Below, piece after piece: positions 34,351 to 47,474 of a DNA stretch of 64,000 bases. The DNA is from Squalus acanthias (Eukaryota): the NCBI GenBank assembly GCA_030390025.1, contig JASTWF010000033.1:436001-500000 (forward strand), written 5' to 3'. The notes beneath the pieces are model-generated. The model was not told the origin of the DNA. It ran no database searches and worked only from the letters and a program-made list of their open reading frames with translations. How positions within the stretch are numbered: the first letter of the stretch is position 1; every line of letters starts with the position of its first letter. A program made the position numbers and the translations under genes.

Positions 34351-34423
34351 GTCTGGCTGGTTTACCCGGTACACTCTGAGACTCTTAACTTACAGGGAGG
34401 TTCGGTCGAGCCCCACGTTGGGG
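34351..34423 (+). pseudogene. Degenerate tRNA-Lys(CTT)
   Basis: TGAGACTCTTAA...TCGAGCCCCACGTTGGG; the upstream flank (ACACCTTGGAATTC) matches that of the 12618 copy. Confidence 0.7.
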
Positions 34424-34985
34424 TGAATGCCTGTTATCCTGGCAGCAGTCATGATGCCTTCATCCTGCACCAGTCTGGTGTGCCAGCAATCTTCCAGCCA
34501 CCATGTCAAACCAAAGGGTGGCTGCTCGGAGACAAGGGCTTTTCGCTATGCACCTGGCTGATGACACCTCACCAATACCCCTCCACTCGGGGCCAGCAAT
34601 CATATAATGAGAGCCATGCTGCCACGAGGTACCTCATCGCGCAGACTATCGGAGTGTTAAAGCAACGGTCCCTCAGCCTTGACGGCTCATGAGGAGCTCT
34701 CCAGTAAACACTGGAGTCCCATTTAGTGGTGATCTGCTGCATGCGCCACAACGTGGGCATCTTGAGGGAGAAGTGATTGCCACCACGTTTTCTGAGACCA
34801 CCTCAGGAGGAAGAGGAAGAGGAGGAAGGGCAGGAGGAGGAAGAGCAGGAGGCGGAATAGGTAGAAATGAAAGAGCAGGAGAACGAAGAAGAGGAGGAGG
34901 GAGAAAGGAGGATCAGGCAGTAGATCATTGTTCTGGACAGGCTGTCCGTGAGCGCCTCATCAGATTCCAGTTCCAGTGGATGAAA
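34423..34985 (+). pseudogene. HARBI1-like DDE transposase C-terminal remnant
   Basis: HARBI1-type motifs interrupted by stops and frameshifts. Confidence 0.85.
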
Positions 34986-36146
34986 CTCCACATGCCTGTT
35001 GCTCACCAGTTCCCCATCTAACCATCCCTCTGTCACAGAACATCACAGCGTCTTCCTGGTCAAAAAGCTGAAATGAGAGCCACCACAAAACAAACATTCC
35101 AAACATAATTTATAAAGTTATCAAATCACAATCAGAATAACAAAGTCAACTCTAATCACTCTTGTGCTTTCCCTCAGTGTCTGTCTTTCTTTCGTGTTGC
35201 TTCTCCTACTCTCGTGCTCCTACGAAGTGCTCCCCCAGTGAGTACAGAATGGCTGATGGAAGGCTGCTGACTTTCAATGGGGAGACTGCAGATGGCCTTG
35301 CAGGAGGACCTCGAGAAGCTCTGGGCCTAGAATGCCCGGCTGTAGACCGCACCACCTCGGCATGGACGGCAGCAGCCTGAGTTGGCTGGATGACAGGCAG
35401 CAGCAAGGGCACTGCCAGAGTTGCAGTGGTGGGAGTATGAATGCTGTCATCCTGAGAGAGGACTGCAGGTTCTTGCTCTGTGGAGCCACTGCCACTTCCC
35501 AGGGTGGCGCCTCTGCAATTCTAGCCTTCTATTTGGTGAAAGATTGCCGGAGTGCTGTGAGACCCCGCACTTCATACTCGTAAATCCAGCCACGATGGCA
35601 GCAATGTGAGCTTCCACTGCAGTACTGAGACGTTGGGTCGCTTCCGCCTGTGCTGCAATGGAAGCTGTGACATCACCCATCACACACAGCATCATGGCTG
35701 GGTCTACTAGGTCTCTCATGGAGTTGCCCATCATTTCCATCCTGGAAATCACGGGCTCCAAGCTCCGTGCAAATTCCTGTGCAATGTTGGAGCTGGACAT
35801 CTCCATGCTCCTTGGCACTGACAAGAGGCCCTCTGGCAGGCTTGCCATTGCACCTAGCATTTCAGTGTGCATACCCATCACCCTTCTTCTGATGGCCGTC
35901 CCATTGAGGTACTGATCTGATTCCTGTGCATCATAACTCGTGCATGAACTCATCCACTGGGGAGCTGACACCCATCTATCCTTTCCCCCTGACCTGGCTG
36001 CAGCCCACTGGTGTCCAGTAACTCACCTCCTGCAGAGCCTGCCTCTATACTACACTCTAAAATCTACGCAGTGCCATTTTCTGAGCTGGAGCCTGTGAAT
36101 ATCAGATGCATTGACGGTGCTCCTGCATTGCTCTCCTCCAAAGATT

Positions 36147-36593
36147 CATAGAAACATAGAAACTAGGAGCAGGAGTAGGCCATTCGGCCCGTCGAGCCTG
36201 CTCCACCATTCAATACGATCATGGCTGATCATCCAAATCCAGTACCCTGTCCCTGCTTTCTCACACAGAATCCCCATCGAGTCTGCACCGACACATATCC
36301 CACCCTATCCCCACGTATTTAATTCCCCCTAACATATCCCTTCCGATCCTATCCCCGTAAACCCACATATTTAATCCCCCCCCTAACACTAAGGGTCAAT
36401 TTATCATAGCCAAATCAACCTAACCCGCACATTTTTGGACTGTGGGAGGAAACCGGAGCACCCGGAGGAAACCCACGCAGACACGGGGAGAATGTGCAAA
36501 CTCCACACAGACAGTCACCCGAGGCCAGATTCGAACCCGGGTCCCTGGCGCTGTGAAGCACCAGTGCTAACCACTATGCCACCGTGTTGCCCC
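36147..36593 (-). mobile_element. tRNA-derived V-SINE (HE1-like) with a CR1-derived tail
   Basis: tRNA head with A/B boxes (GGTGGCATAGTGG, GGGTTCGAATC), central TGTGTGGAGTTTGCACATTCTCCCCGTGTCTGCGTGGGTTTCCTCCGGGTGCTCCGGTTTCCTCCCAC, and a CR1 3' end. Confidence 0.85.
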
Positions 36594-36785
36594 TTCGGGG
36601 ACAGGTTGGCGTAGTTGGAATTCGTGTGTAGCTGAAAGGAGAAATGCACAAGGGTCGAGATGTGGTGAAGGATGGGGGATAGCAAGATATCCATGCCTAC
36701 ACCATCAGTGTGTTGCATTGAGCAATGTGTGAGGCTTGTGGTGCAGATGGTGCGATATGGCATTTGATGATGCATTCACCCACCT

Positions 36786-37030
36786 TGACCACTCGTCTGA
36801 GGTCATTAAACTTTTTGCGGGATTGCATCCAGGTCTTGGGGCTAACACTTGTCGCACTGACGGCTTCAGCGATCACCTCCCGCGGCCTTCTGTTGTCCTT
36901 CCCTGACAGCCTCTTGCCACTCTTAGATAGACGGCCTGACAGCGTCTTTGAAACTCGAGCACCAAGGCCTCCATTGCTGCATCTGAAAATCACCTCGTCC
37001 TTTCTCTTAGCTGTTGGAACATGGTTTTCT
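36786..37030 (-). pseudogene. Harbinger Myb/SANT-like DNA-binding exon
   Basis: W...RKKFNDLRRVVK trihelix-type motif ending at a GT splice donor. Confidence 0.75.
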
Positions 37031-38555
37031 CCACAATGACAATGAGGTGCTTCTGCAACAAGGCACTTCCCCTTTAATAGTGCAGCGAACCTAGGCCAAG
37101 CTTTATTGGCCAGTAGACTGCACACGATATTGTCCCCCCTGTTCAGCACTAAGCCAATCAGCAGCGGATTTAGCGCTGAGATCAGCATTGCAATCATTAC
37201 AATAAGCAGGCAGCACGAATTGAGTGTGCTTCATGCACCACTTAGGAAGGAGTGGGGCAGATCGAGCTTTGCGCTGCCTGCGCCTGTTTTCAGGCCTTGT
37301 ACAATTTCTAGAGCTATATTCCAGATCAGAACAAATTGCCGCATTACAACAATGCTCCTGATATTCCTCATGGATGTTTTCTTGCAAATTATGCTAAATC
37401 TGTGTCCTTTGGTTACCGACCCTCCTGCCAGTGGAAACAGTTTCTCCCTATATACTCTATCAAAACACTTCATGATTTTGATCGCCTCATTTCAATCTCC
37501 AGTTAACCCTCTCTGCTCTAAGAAGAACAATCCCAGATTCTCTAGTCTCTCCACATAACTGAAGTCTCCGGTAACAATTTAGGGATTAACTCTTTGTCTG
37601 ATGGCGATCCCTGGAAATGAGATTTATTTGCACTATGCAACTGGAAGTGAGAACATAAGTGTAAGGACTCCTGACAGTGAGTTCTTTGCAGGGGTTCTGT
37701 GGAACAGTTAGTATTTGCGAATGGGTTCCCAGGAATTGTGCCATAACTCCAGTAAGTTCCATGCAATTGTAAATGTTTATTCAGGTACCAATGATTACAT
37801 CACCATCTACAGGGTTGGGGCTCTTGGGATCTTGTTATACCGGTTCCTGGAGGTGTATCAATATTAGTGGGGAGTCCTCAGGAATGTTTAAATGTTTGGA
37901 GCAGGTACATGGCCATATCTGGCTATGTGCAACGTCAATGGTTGTGTATTTCTGGGAAAGATTCACGGGTCATGTGCACACATTCTTTGGGGTCGCCAGG
38001 AGTGTGTCTGCATTTTAAGGGCAATGGAAATAGGACAATGTTTGCCATGGATCTTCAGAAATGAGCAAAGGATATTCCCGGGTGCTCAACCAGTTGTTTT
38101 CCTTCACTGACTGAGGTTAAATTCCACACTGAGAATTGGATAGAAATTCTCTGAAATTACAGAACCTCATTATCGCAGAGATCATCAGAAACCTGTAACT
38201 AAACCTGTTCTGGCTTCACCCAATGCGGTCATACTGACGATTCCACATAATCTGATTAACCCTGAGCTTTGGGGAGATTCACTTTATTTCTGTGCAATAT
38301 CGGGCTAAATATAATTTATGATATTGCAACACGTTGTGTAAAAGAGATTAACTGAATCTGTTTGTTCAGTCACTGTAAATAATGTCAGTCTCCTTGCGCC
38401 CTAATTATGTCAGTGGAGATTTCTCTCGCCTTACATAAGGGCCTTCGCTCAGTGTGTTAACCCAGAGTGTCTCTCGGAGCTTGGTCTGCAGAACAACCCG
38501 GGATCAGCGTTCAGCAGAAGTTGGAAAAACTGATCGGAGTCCTCCATGAGAAAAT

Positions 38556-38625
38556 ATGGCATTGCGTGCAATTCTACGTGTACAGAAGATTTATTATCCC
38601 ACCCTCGCTGTTTTTGGTATCCCTG
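38556..38625 (+). CDS. GPR139-like GPCR exon 1
   Basis: MALRAILRVQKIYYPTLAVFGIP (start of TM1) followed by a phase-1 donor G|GTAAGT, in phase with the acceptor at 56931. Confidence 0.8.
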
Positions 38626-39528
38626 GTAAGTCTCTATCTCCAGGTATTAATCCTGTAACCATTTTAATTGCATTCCTGCCTGTAACTATCATATCCCAGT
38701 TGCTGTCGGTGTTCCTTGTAAGTGACCATATTACTATTTCATGCTGGAAAGGATATTTAACTGTAAACACTGTGTTCATTATGCAAACCTGCATATCCAA
38801 AGATTCATTGTATTCAGTTTATTCCTCTTGCTTTGTGTCTGAAAGTAACTTGTTCCCCGACAGTGTCACTGGGTGATTTATTGAATGAATATCTTACAAT
38901 CTGCAGTCCGGTCTGAGTCTGGGAGTAGATTTTACACTTTACCCTCTGGGCGTTAAACAGCGACTGAGGAGGCCGGTGGAACAAGAAGTGGGCGAGAAGG
39001 ATTTACAACACAAGCCACAGTCGTTCCATTGATTTTAAAGGAAGGTGAATCTGGCGGGTTCTGTTATTGGTGAGGGGTCTGTTACCCGCCCCGATTATCT
39101 GTGTGTGCTCCGGACAGGCGGTGATTGATTGTTAGACAGTGAAGATCGAATCAAATCCAATCAGGAATATGTTCATGGCTTCAAGGATATTTTTTATATC
39201 TGTTGGGTAAAATTAATGATACAGAGTTGCAATTGGCGATAAATCATTCCAACTGATTTTAATTCCAATTGATTGTAAATGGAGTAAGGTGCATTGTAGA
39301 TTGCTTTATCATTTTATCGTTTTGTATTCCCTCTATCAATTTCAAACCTATTCAGTTCTCATTCACATGTGGACAGCGCCAGATTAGTATTGTTTCACTT
39401 CCATTCAGATTCTTTCTCAAACACAAGGTGGCAGATCGAATCGTTAGTTACAGCATCAGCCCCTTTATAGTGGCTGCCCATCCGAATAGCTTAGAAATAC
39501 GAATGGAATTTCTCCCATTACAAAATCA

Positions 39529-39600
39529 TTAGATAGATTGATAGATAGATAGACAGATATGATAGATAGATAGCTTGATTGATAGATAGATAGATAGATA
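39529..39600. repeat. (GATA)n microsatellite, left part
   Basis: Directly visible in the sequence. Confidence 0.9.
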
Positions 39601-40517
39601 TTTTATTAACATCCTTTGTCCTTTTAGACTTATGATTTAGTATGGCCCTTTGTGTTTCTTGCCTTTGTTTACTCGGCCTTCCCCTATTGTTTCTCACCCT
39701 TCTAACATTTGTTTCTGACTGCATATTACTTCCCCCTGTTTCGCTACATAGGTTCCCATTCCCCTGCCATATTAGTTTAAATCCTCCCGAACTGCTTTAG
39801 GAAATATTACCCCGAGGACATCGGTTCCAGTCCTGCCCAAGTGCAGACCGTCCCTTTTGTACAGGTCCCACTTCCCCCAGAACTGGTTCCAATGCCTCAG
39901 GAATTTGAATCCCTCCCTCCTGCACCACTGCTCAAGCCACGTATTCAATCTCACTATCCTGTTCTCTCTATTCTGATTAGCACGTGGCCCTGGTAGCAAT
40001 CCAGAGATTACTACCTTAGAGGTCCTACTTTTTAATTTAGCTCCTAGCTCCCTAAATTCTGCTTGTAGGACCTCTTCCCGCTTTTTACCTATATCGTTGG
40101 TACCTACATGCACCACGACAGCTGGCTGTTCACCCTCCCTCTTCAGAATGTTCTGCAGCCGCTCCGAGACATCCTTGACCCTTGCACCAGGGAGGCAACA
40201 TACCATCCTGGAATCTCGGTTGCGGCCACAGAAACTCCTGTCTATTCCCCTTACAATTGAGTCCCCTATCACTATAGCCCTACCACTCTTTTTCCCGCCC
40301 TGCTGTGCAGCAGAGCCAGCCATGGTGCCATGAACCTGGCTGCTAGTGCCTTCCCCTGGTAGGCCATCTCCCCCAACAGTATCCAAAGCGGCATACCTGT
40401 TTTGGAGGGAGATGACCACAGGGGACTCCTGCACTACCTTCCTGATATTGCCCTGCTTCTTGGTCACCCATTCACTGTCTGTCCTAGCCTTTACCTGCGG
40501 TGTGGACAACTCACTAA
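39601..40517 (-). mobile_element. Inverted 5' segment of a CR1 (ORF1 esterase plus ORF2 start)
   Basis: Open ORF1 portion with GDSIVR, HVGTND and DGLH. Confidence 0.93.
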
Positions 40518-42755
40518 ATGACCATGGTCCAGAACTTAAATAAGGGCAACTTTGAGGGTATGAGGCGTGAATTGGCAAGGTTAAATTGGCAAGCGATATT
40601 TAAGGGGCTATCAGTGGAAGGGCAATGGCAGACATTTAGAGATCGCATGGATGAACTACAACAATTGTACATCCCGGTCTGGCGTAAAAATAAAAAAGGG
40701 AAGGTGGCTCAACCATGGCTAACAAGGGAAATCAGGGATAGTATTAAAACCAAGGAAGTTGCATACAAATTGGCCAGAAGTAGCAGCAAACCCGGGGACT
40801 GGGAGAACTTCAAAACTCAGCAGAGGAGGACGAAGGGTTTGATTAGGGCATTGAAAATAAAATATGAAAGGAAGCTTGCAGAGAACATTAAAATGGACTG
40901 CAAAAGCTTCTATAAATATGTAAAAAGGAAGAGGTTAGTAAAAACAAACGTAGGTCCCCTGCAGTCGGAAACAGGGGAAGTCGTAATGGGGAACAAGGAA
41001 ATGGCAGATCAATTGAACAAGTTCTTTGGTTCGGTGTTTACTGTGGAGGACACACACAACCTGCCGGAAATAAAAGGGGTCAGAGGATCTGGTAAGAGGG
41101 AGGAGCTGAGGGAAATCCTTATTAGTCGGGAAAAGGTATTGGGGAAATTGATGGGACTGAAGGCTGAAAAATCCCCGGGGCCTGATGGTCTGCATCCCAG
41201 AGTACTTAAGGAGGTGGCCTTGGAAATAGTGGATGCATTGACGATCATTTTCCAACATTCCTTAGACTCTGGATCAGTTCCGATGGAGTGGAGGGTGGCC
41301 AATGTAACCCCTCTTTTTAAAAAAGGAGGGAGGGAGAAAGCAGGGAATTATAGACCAGTCAGCCTGACATCGGTCGTGGGTAAAATGATGGAAGCAATTA
41401 TTAAAGATGTCATAACAGACCATTCGGAAAGTGGCGACATGATAGTCCAAGTCAGCATGGATTTGTGAAAGGGAAATCATGCTTGACAAATCTTCTGGAA
41501 TTTTTTGAGGATGTTTCCAATAGGGTGGACAGGGGGGAACCAGTAGATGTGGTGTATTTGGACTTTCAGAAGGCCTTCGACAAGGTCCCACACAAGAGAT
41601 TGGTGAGCAAAGTTAAAGCACATGGGATTGGGGGTAATGTGTTGACGTGGATTAAGAACTGGTTGGCACACAGGAAACAAAGAGTAGGAGTAAATGGGTA
41701 CTTTTCAGAATGGCAGGCAGTGACCAGCGGGGTACCGCAGGGTTCGGTGCTGGGACCCCAGCTGTTTACATTATATATTAATGATTTGGACGAAGGGATT
41801 AAATGTAATATCTCCAAATTTGCGGATGACACTAAATTGGGAGGCAGTGTGAACAATGAGGAGGATGCTAGGAGGCTACAGAGTGACTTGGACAGGTTGG
41901 GTGAATGGGCAAATGTATGGCAGATGAAGTACAATGTGGATAAATGTGAGGTTATCCACTTTGGTGGTAAAAATAGAGAGGCGGACTATTACCTGAATGG
42001 TGGCAGATTAGGGAAAGGGGACGTGCAACGAGACCTGGGCGTCATGGTACATCAGTCACTGAAGGTGGGAATGCAAGTGCAGCAGGCAGTCAAGAAAGCA
42101 AACGGAATGATGGCCTTCATAGCAAGGGGATTTGAGTACAGGAGTAGGGAGGTGATGCTACAGTTGTACAGGGCCTTGGTGAGGCCACACCTGGAGTATT
42201 GTGCGCAGTTTTGGTCTCCTAACTTAAGGAAGGACATTCTTGCTATTGAGGGAGTGCAGCGAAGGTTCACTAGATTGATTCCTGGGATGGCCGGACTGAC
42301 ATATCAAGAAAGATTGGGTCAACTGAACTTGTATCCTCTGGAGTTCAGAAGAATGAGGGGGGATCTTATAGAGACATTTAAAATCCTGACTGGTTTAGAC
42401 AAATTAGATGCGGGCAGAATGTTCCCAATGGTAGGGAATACTAGAACCAGGGGTCACAGTCTAAGGATTAAGGGGAAGCCATTTAGGACTGAGCTGAGGA
42501 GGAACTTCTTCACCCAGAGAGTGGTGAATCTATGGAATTCTCTTCCACAGAAGGTTGTTGAGGCCAGTTCGCTAAATATATTCAAAAGGGAGTTAGATAT
42601 AACACTCACAACTAAGGGGATCAAGGGGTATGGCGAGAAAGCAGGAATGGGGTACTGAGGTAGCATGTTCAGCCATGAACGCATTGAATGGCGGTGCAGG
42701 CTCGAAGGACCGAATGGTCTACTCCTGTACCTATTTTCTATGTTTCTATGTTTCT

Positions 42756-42756
<1 letters not shown>
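40518..42756 (+). mobile_element. CR1 ORF2 (post-endonuclease through the 3' tail), one frameshift near 41440
   Basis: 316 aa and 397 aa ORFs and a (TTCTATGT)n tail. Confidence 0.96.
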
Positions 42757-42787
<31 letters not shown>

Positions 42788-42809
42788 ATAGACAGATAGA
42801 TAGACAGAC

Positions 42810-42884
<75 letters not shown>

Positions 42885-42976
42885 CAGACAGTGGAAAGAT
42901 AGGTAGATAGATAGATAGACAGATAGTTGGATAGACAGATAGATAGATAGACAGATAGATAGATAGATAGAAAGAC

Positions 42977-43031
<55 letters not shown>

Positions 43032-43064
43032 CAGATAGATAAATAGACAGATAGATAGATAGAC

Positions 43065-43099
<35 letters not shown>

Positions 43100-43278
43100 C
43101 AGACAGATAGATAGATAGATAAATAGATAGATAGATAGATAGATAGATAAATACATAGATAGATAGATAGACAGTTAGATAGATAGATAGATAGAGAGAT
43201 AGATAGACAGATAGATAGATATATACATAGATAGACAGACAGATAGATAGACAGATAGATAGATAGAGAGAGAGATAG

Positions 43279-43309
<31 letters not shown>

Positions 43310-43365
43310 GATAGATCGATAGATAAACAGACAGTGGATAGACATACTGACAGATAGACAGACAG
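42757..43365. repeat. Long (GATA/GACA)n microsatellite
   Basis: About 600 bp of ATAG repeats. Confidence 0.98.
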
Positions 43366-43425
43366 GTAGTACATTTTGTGTTGGTAATAGTGTAAGATCG
43401 GTTATGTAACACTGGCCTCCCATTA

Positions 43426-44779
43426 TACATAGATACATAGAAGATAGGAGCAGGAGTAGGCCATCCGGCCCTTCGAGCCTGCTCCGCCATTTAATGAGAT
43501 CATGGCTGATCCTCCAATTCAGTATCCCGTCCCCGCCTTCTCTCCGTAACCCTTAACCCCTTTTGCCTGTAGAAATATATCTAATTCCCTCTTAAATATA
43601 TTTAATGAGCTGGCGTACACTGCCCTCTGTGGCAATGAGTTCCACAGGTTCACCACCCTCTGAGTGAAGAAATTCCCCCTCATTTCTGTCCTAAATGGTT
43701 TAGCCCTTATCCTTAACTTATGTCCTCTAGTTCTGTTCTCACCCGCCAAGGGAAACATTCCTTCTGCATCTAGTCTGTCTAGACCTGTCAGAATTTTATA
43801 CACTTCTATGAGGTCCCCTCTCAATCTTCTAAACTCCAGTGTGTACATCCCTAAACTACATAGTCTCTCCTCATAGGTCAATCCCGCCATTCCTGGTATC
43901 AGCCTGGTGAATCGCCGCTGCACCCCCTCCATGGCAAGAACATATTTCCTCAGATGAGGCGACCAAAACTGTACACAGTACTCGAGGTGTGGTCTCACCA
44001 GTGCCCTGTACAGCTGCAGCAAGGTATCCCTGTTCCTGTATTCCAACCCTTTTGCTATGAAGGCCAGCATACCGTTTGCCTTCTTGACCGCCTGTTGCAC
44101 CTGCATGCTCGCCTTCAGTGACTGGTGTACAAGAACACCCAGGTCTCTCTGTACTTCCCCCTCTCCCAATTTATTGCCATTTAAATAATAATTTGCCCCC
44201 GCGTTCCTGCACCCAAGGTGGATAACTTCGCACTTGTCCACATTATAGTGCATCTGCCATTTATCCGCCCAATCACCCAGTCTGTCCAAATCGCTCTGGA
44301 GCTTCCTGGTCTCCTCCTCTGAGCCCACCCCCCCTCCTAGTTTAGTGTCGTCTGCAAATTTGGAAATGCTGCATCCGACTCCCTGATCCAGGTCATTAAT
44401 GTAAATTGTGAACAGCTGGGGACCCAGGACAGATCCCTGTGGTACCCCACTTGTTACTGCCTGCCATTCAGAAAATGAGCCGTTTATTCCAACTCTCTGT
44501 TTTCTATCTGACAGCCAGTTCTCTATCCACGTCAATACTTTCCCCTTTATCCCATGAGCTTCAATTTTCCATGCTAATCTTTTATGTGGGACCTTGTCGA
44601 AGGCCTTTTGGAAGTCCAGGTACACCACATCTACTGGCTCTCCCCCATCTATTTTACCAGTTACTCCCTCAAAAAATTCCAATAGATTAGTCAAGCACGA
44701 TTTACCCTTTGTAAATCCATGTTGACTCTGTCCTATCCTGTCCCCATTTGCTAAGTGCTCCGCTATTTCATCCTTAATG
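43426..44779 (-). mobile_element. Young 5'-truncated CR1, near-identical to the 21541 element
   Basis: An uninterrupted 391 aa RT ORF with the same 3' UTR and tail. Confidence 0.96.
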
Positions 44780-45305
44780 ATTGCAGTGCTGTGTTAGATT
44801 GATGTGCTGTATTAGATGAAGTGCTGTATTAGATTGAAGTTTTGTTTTAGGTTGAAGTGTTGTATTTGATTGAATTGCTGCATTAAATTGAACTATTGTA
44901 ATTGATTGACGTGCTGTATTAGATTGAAGACCTGTATTAGATTGACGTGCTGTATTAGTTTGAAGGGCTGCACTCGATTGAAGTGCTGTTTTAGATTGAA
45001 GTGCTGTATTAGATTGAAGTGCTGTATTAGATCGGAGTGCTGTATTAGATAGATGTGCTGTATTAGATTGAAGGGCTGTATTAGATTGAAGTGCTGTATT
45101 AGATTGAAGTGCTGCATTAGATTGAAGTGCTGTATTAGATTGAAGTGCTGTATTTGATTGAAGTGCTGCATTAGATTGAAGTGCTGCATTAGATTGAAGT
45201 GCTGTATTAGATTGAAGTGCTGCATTAGATTGAAGTGCTGCATTAGATTGAAGTGCTGCATTAGACTGAAGTCTTGTATTAGATTGAAGTGTTGTATTAG
45301 ATTGC
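44780..45305. repeat. 18-bp minisatellite (GATTGAAGTGCTGTATTA)n
   Basis: Directly visible; translates as LKCCIR and LQSNTA repeats. Confidence 0.96.
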
Positions 45306-45329
45306 ATTTCTGTATTGCCTGGGATTACT

Positions 45330-46845
45330 TTGGATTACATAGGATAGAGTGCAGAGAAACAGCCCATTCGGCCCAGCGATTCCATGCCGACGTTTATGCT
45401 GCACTCGAGCCTCCTCCCTTTTTATTCAACTAAATATATGAGCATATCCCTCTGTTCCCTTTTCACTAACAGCCTTTTCCAGGCTCCCCTTAAATGCATC
45501 TATATCGTTCCCTTCAACCACTCCATGTTGTAGCGATTTCCACATCCTCACCACTCTTTGGGCAAATAAGTTTCTGCTGAAATCTCTATTGGTTGTCTGG
45601 ATGAATATCTGAATGGCCTCTAGTTAGGCTCCTCCCCACAAAAGTATCATTCTCTCTGTATTCGCTCTATCAAAACATTTCATAATTTTTAAGAACTCTA
45701 ATTGGTCACCCCGCAGCATTCTTTTGCAAGAGAAAAGAGACCTAACCTTTTTATCCTTTCCTGATTTTTGTAACGTCGCATTTCTGGTATTATTATTGGA
45801 AATCTTCTCTGCACTCGCACCAGTGTCTCGCTAACCCTTTAATAATATGGCGACCAGAACTGTACACAATAATATACATAGATACATAGATACATAGAAG
45901 ATAGGAGCAGGAGTAGGCCATCCGGCCCTTCGAGCCTGCTCCGCCATTTAATGAGATCATGGCTGATCCTCCAATTCAGTATCCCGTCCCCGCCTTCTCT
46001 CCGTAACCCTTAACCCCTTTTGCCTGTAGAAATATATCTAATTCCCTCTTAAATATATTTAATGAGCTGGCGTACACTGCCCTCTGTGGCAATGAGTTCC
46101 ACAGGTTCACCACCCTCTGAGTGAAGAAATTCCCCCTCATTTCTGTCCTAAATGGTTTAGCTCTTATCCTTAAATTATGTCCTCTAGTTCTGTTCTCACC
46201 CGCCAAGGGAAACATTCCTTCTGCATCTAGTCTGTCTAGACCTGTCAGAATTTTATACACTTCTATGAGGTCCCCTCTCAATCTTCTAAGCTCCAGTGTG
46301 TACATCCCTAAACTACATAGTCTCTCCTCATAGGTCAATCCCGCCATTCCTGGTATCAGCCTGGTGAATCGCCGCTGCACCCCCTCCATGGCAAGAACAT
46401 CTTTCCTCAGATGAGGCGACCAAAACTGTACACAGTACTCGAGGTGTGGTCTCACCAGTGCCCTGTACAGCTGCAGCAAGGTATCCCTGTTCCTGTATTC
46501 CAACCCTTTTGCTATGAAGGCCAGCATACCGTTTGCCTTCTTGATCGCCTGTTGCACCTGCATGCTCGCCTTCAGTGACTGGTGTACAAGAACACCCAGG
46601 TCTCTCTGTACTTCCCCCTCTCCCAATTTATTGCCATTTAAATAATAATTTACCCTCCCGTTCCTGCACCCAAGGTGGATAACTTCGCACTTGTCCACAT
46701 TATAGTGCATCTGCCATTTATCCGCCCAATCACCCAGTCTGTCCAAATCGCTCTGGAGCTTCCTGGTCTCCTCCAATATAATTGTGGTCTAACCAAGATT
46801 CGATACAGGTTCAGCATATTTTCACATTTTTTTTCAATTCTATAC
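45330..46845 (-). mobile_element. Old CR1 3' fragment inserted in the minisatellite and hosting a younger CR1
   Basis: GGCGACCAGAACTGTACACAATA at ~45870 continues as TGTGGTCTAACCAAG at ~46783. Confidence 0.75.
45876..46774 (-). mobile_element. Young 5'-truncated CR1, same subfamily as 21541 and 43426
   Basis: Near-identical 266 aa ORF2 C-terminus; AATATA on both flanks. Confidence 0.95.
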
Positions 46846-47460
46846 GTTAGATTGAGGAGCTGTATTGAATCGAAGTGCTGTATTATATGAAAGCGCTGTA
46901 TTAGTTTGAAATGTTGTATCAGATTCAAGTGCCGTATTAGATGGAAGTGCTGTAATAGATTGAAGTGCTGCATTAGATTGAAGTGCTGTATTAGATTGAA
47001 GTGCTGTATTAGATTGAAGTGCTGTATTAGATTGAAGTGCCGTATTAGATGGAAGTGCTGTATTAGATTGAAGTGATGTATTAGATTGAAGTGCTGTATT
47101 AGATTGAAGTGCTGTGTTAGATTGAAGTGCTGTATTAGATTGAAGTGCTGTATTAGATTGAAGTGCTGTATTAGATTGAAGTGCTGTATTAGATTGAAGT
47201 GCTGTATTAGATTGAAGTGCTGTATTAGATTGAAGTGCTGTATTATATTGAAGTGCTCTATTAGATTGAAGTGCTGTATTAGATTGAAGTGCTGTATTAG
47301 ATTGAAGGGCTGTATTAGATTGAAGGGCTGTATTAGATTTAAGGGCTGTATTCGAATGAAGTACTGTATTAGATTGAAGTGCTTTATTCGATGGAAATGT
47401 TGTATCAGATTGATGTGCTGTATTAGATTGAACTGCTGATTTAGATTGAAGTGCTGTATT
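46846..47460. repeat. 18-bp minisatellite, second block
   Basis: Same unit as 44780-45305. Confidence 0.96.
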
Positions 47461-47474
47461 GTTTGGGATGTCCT

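Larger units (their letters stand above)
34423..37270. mobile_element. Decayed, left-truncated PIF/Harbinger transposon with convergent transposase and Myb/SANT genes
   Basis: Plus strand: YPGSSHDAFIL...WLLGDKG...WLMTP...YNESH...IGVLKQR and an acidic tail. Minus strand: IAEAVSATS...TWMQSRKKFNDL followed by a GT donor. Confidence 0.88.

Noticed and set aside
37770..38110. Three overlapping short ORFs upstream of the GPCR exon 1
   Set aside because: No recognisable motif or splice structure.
42738..43490. Long YLSI-repeat ORFs
   Set aside because: Translation artefacts of (GATA)n.
44774..45433. Repeat-protein ORFs (LQSNTA, QHFNLI, LKCCIR)
   Set aside because: Artefacts of the 18-bp minisatellite, with no splice or domain context.
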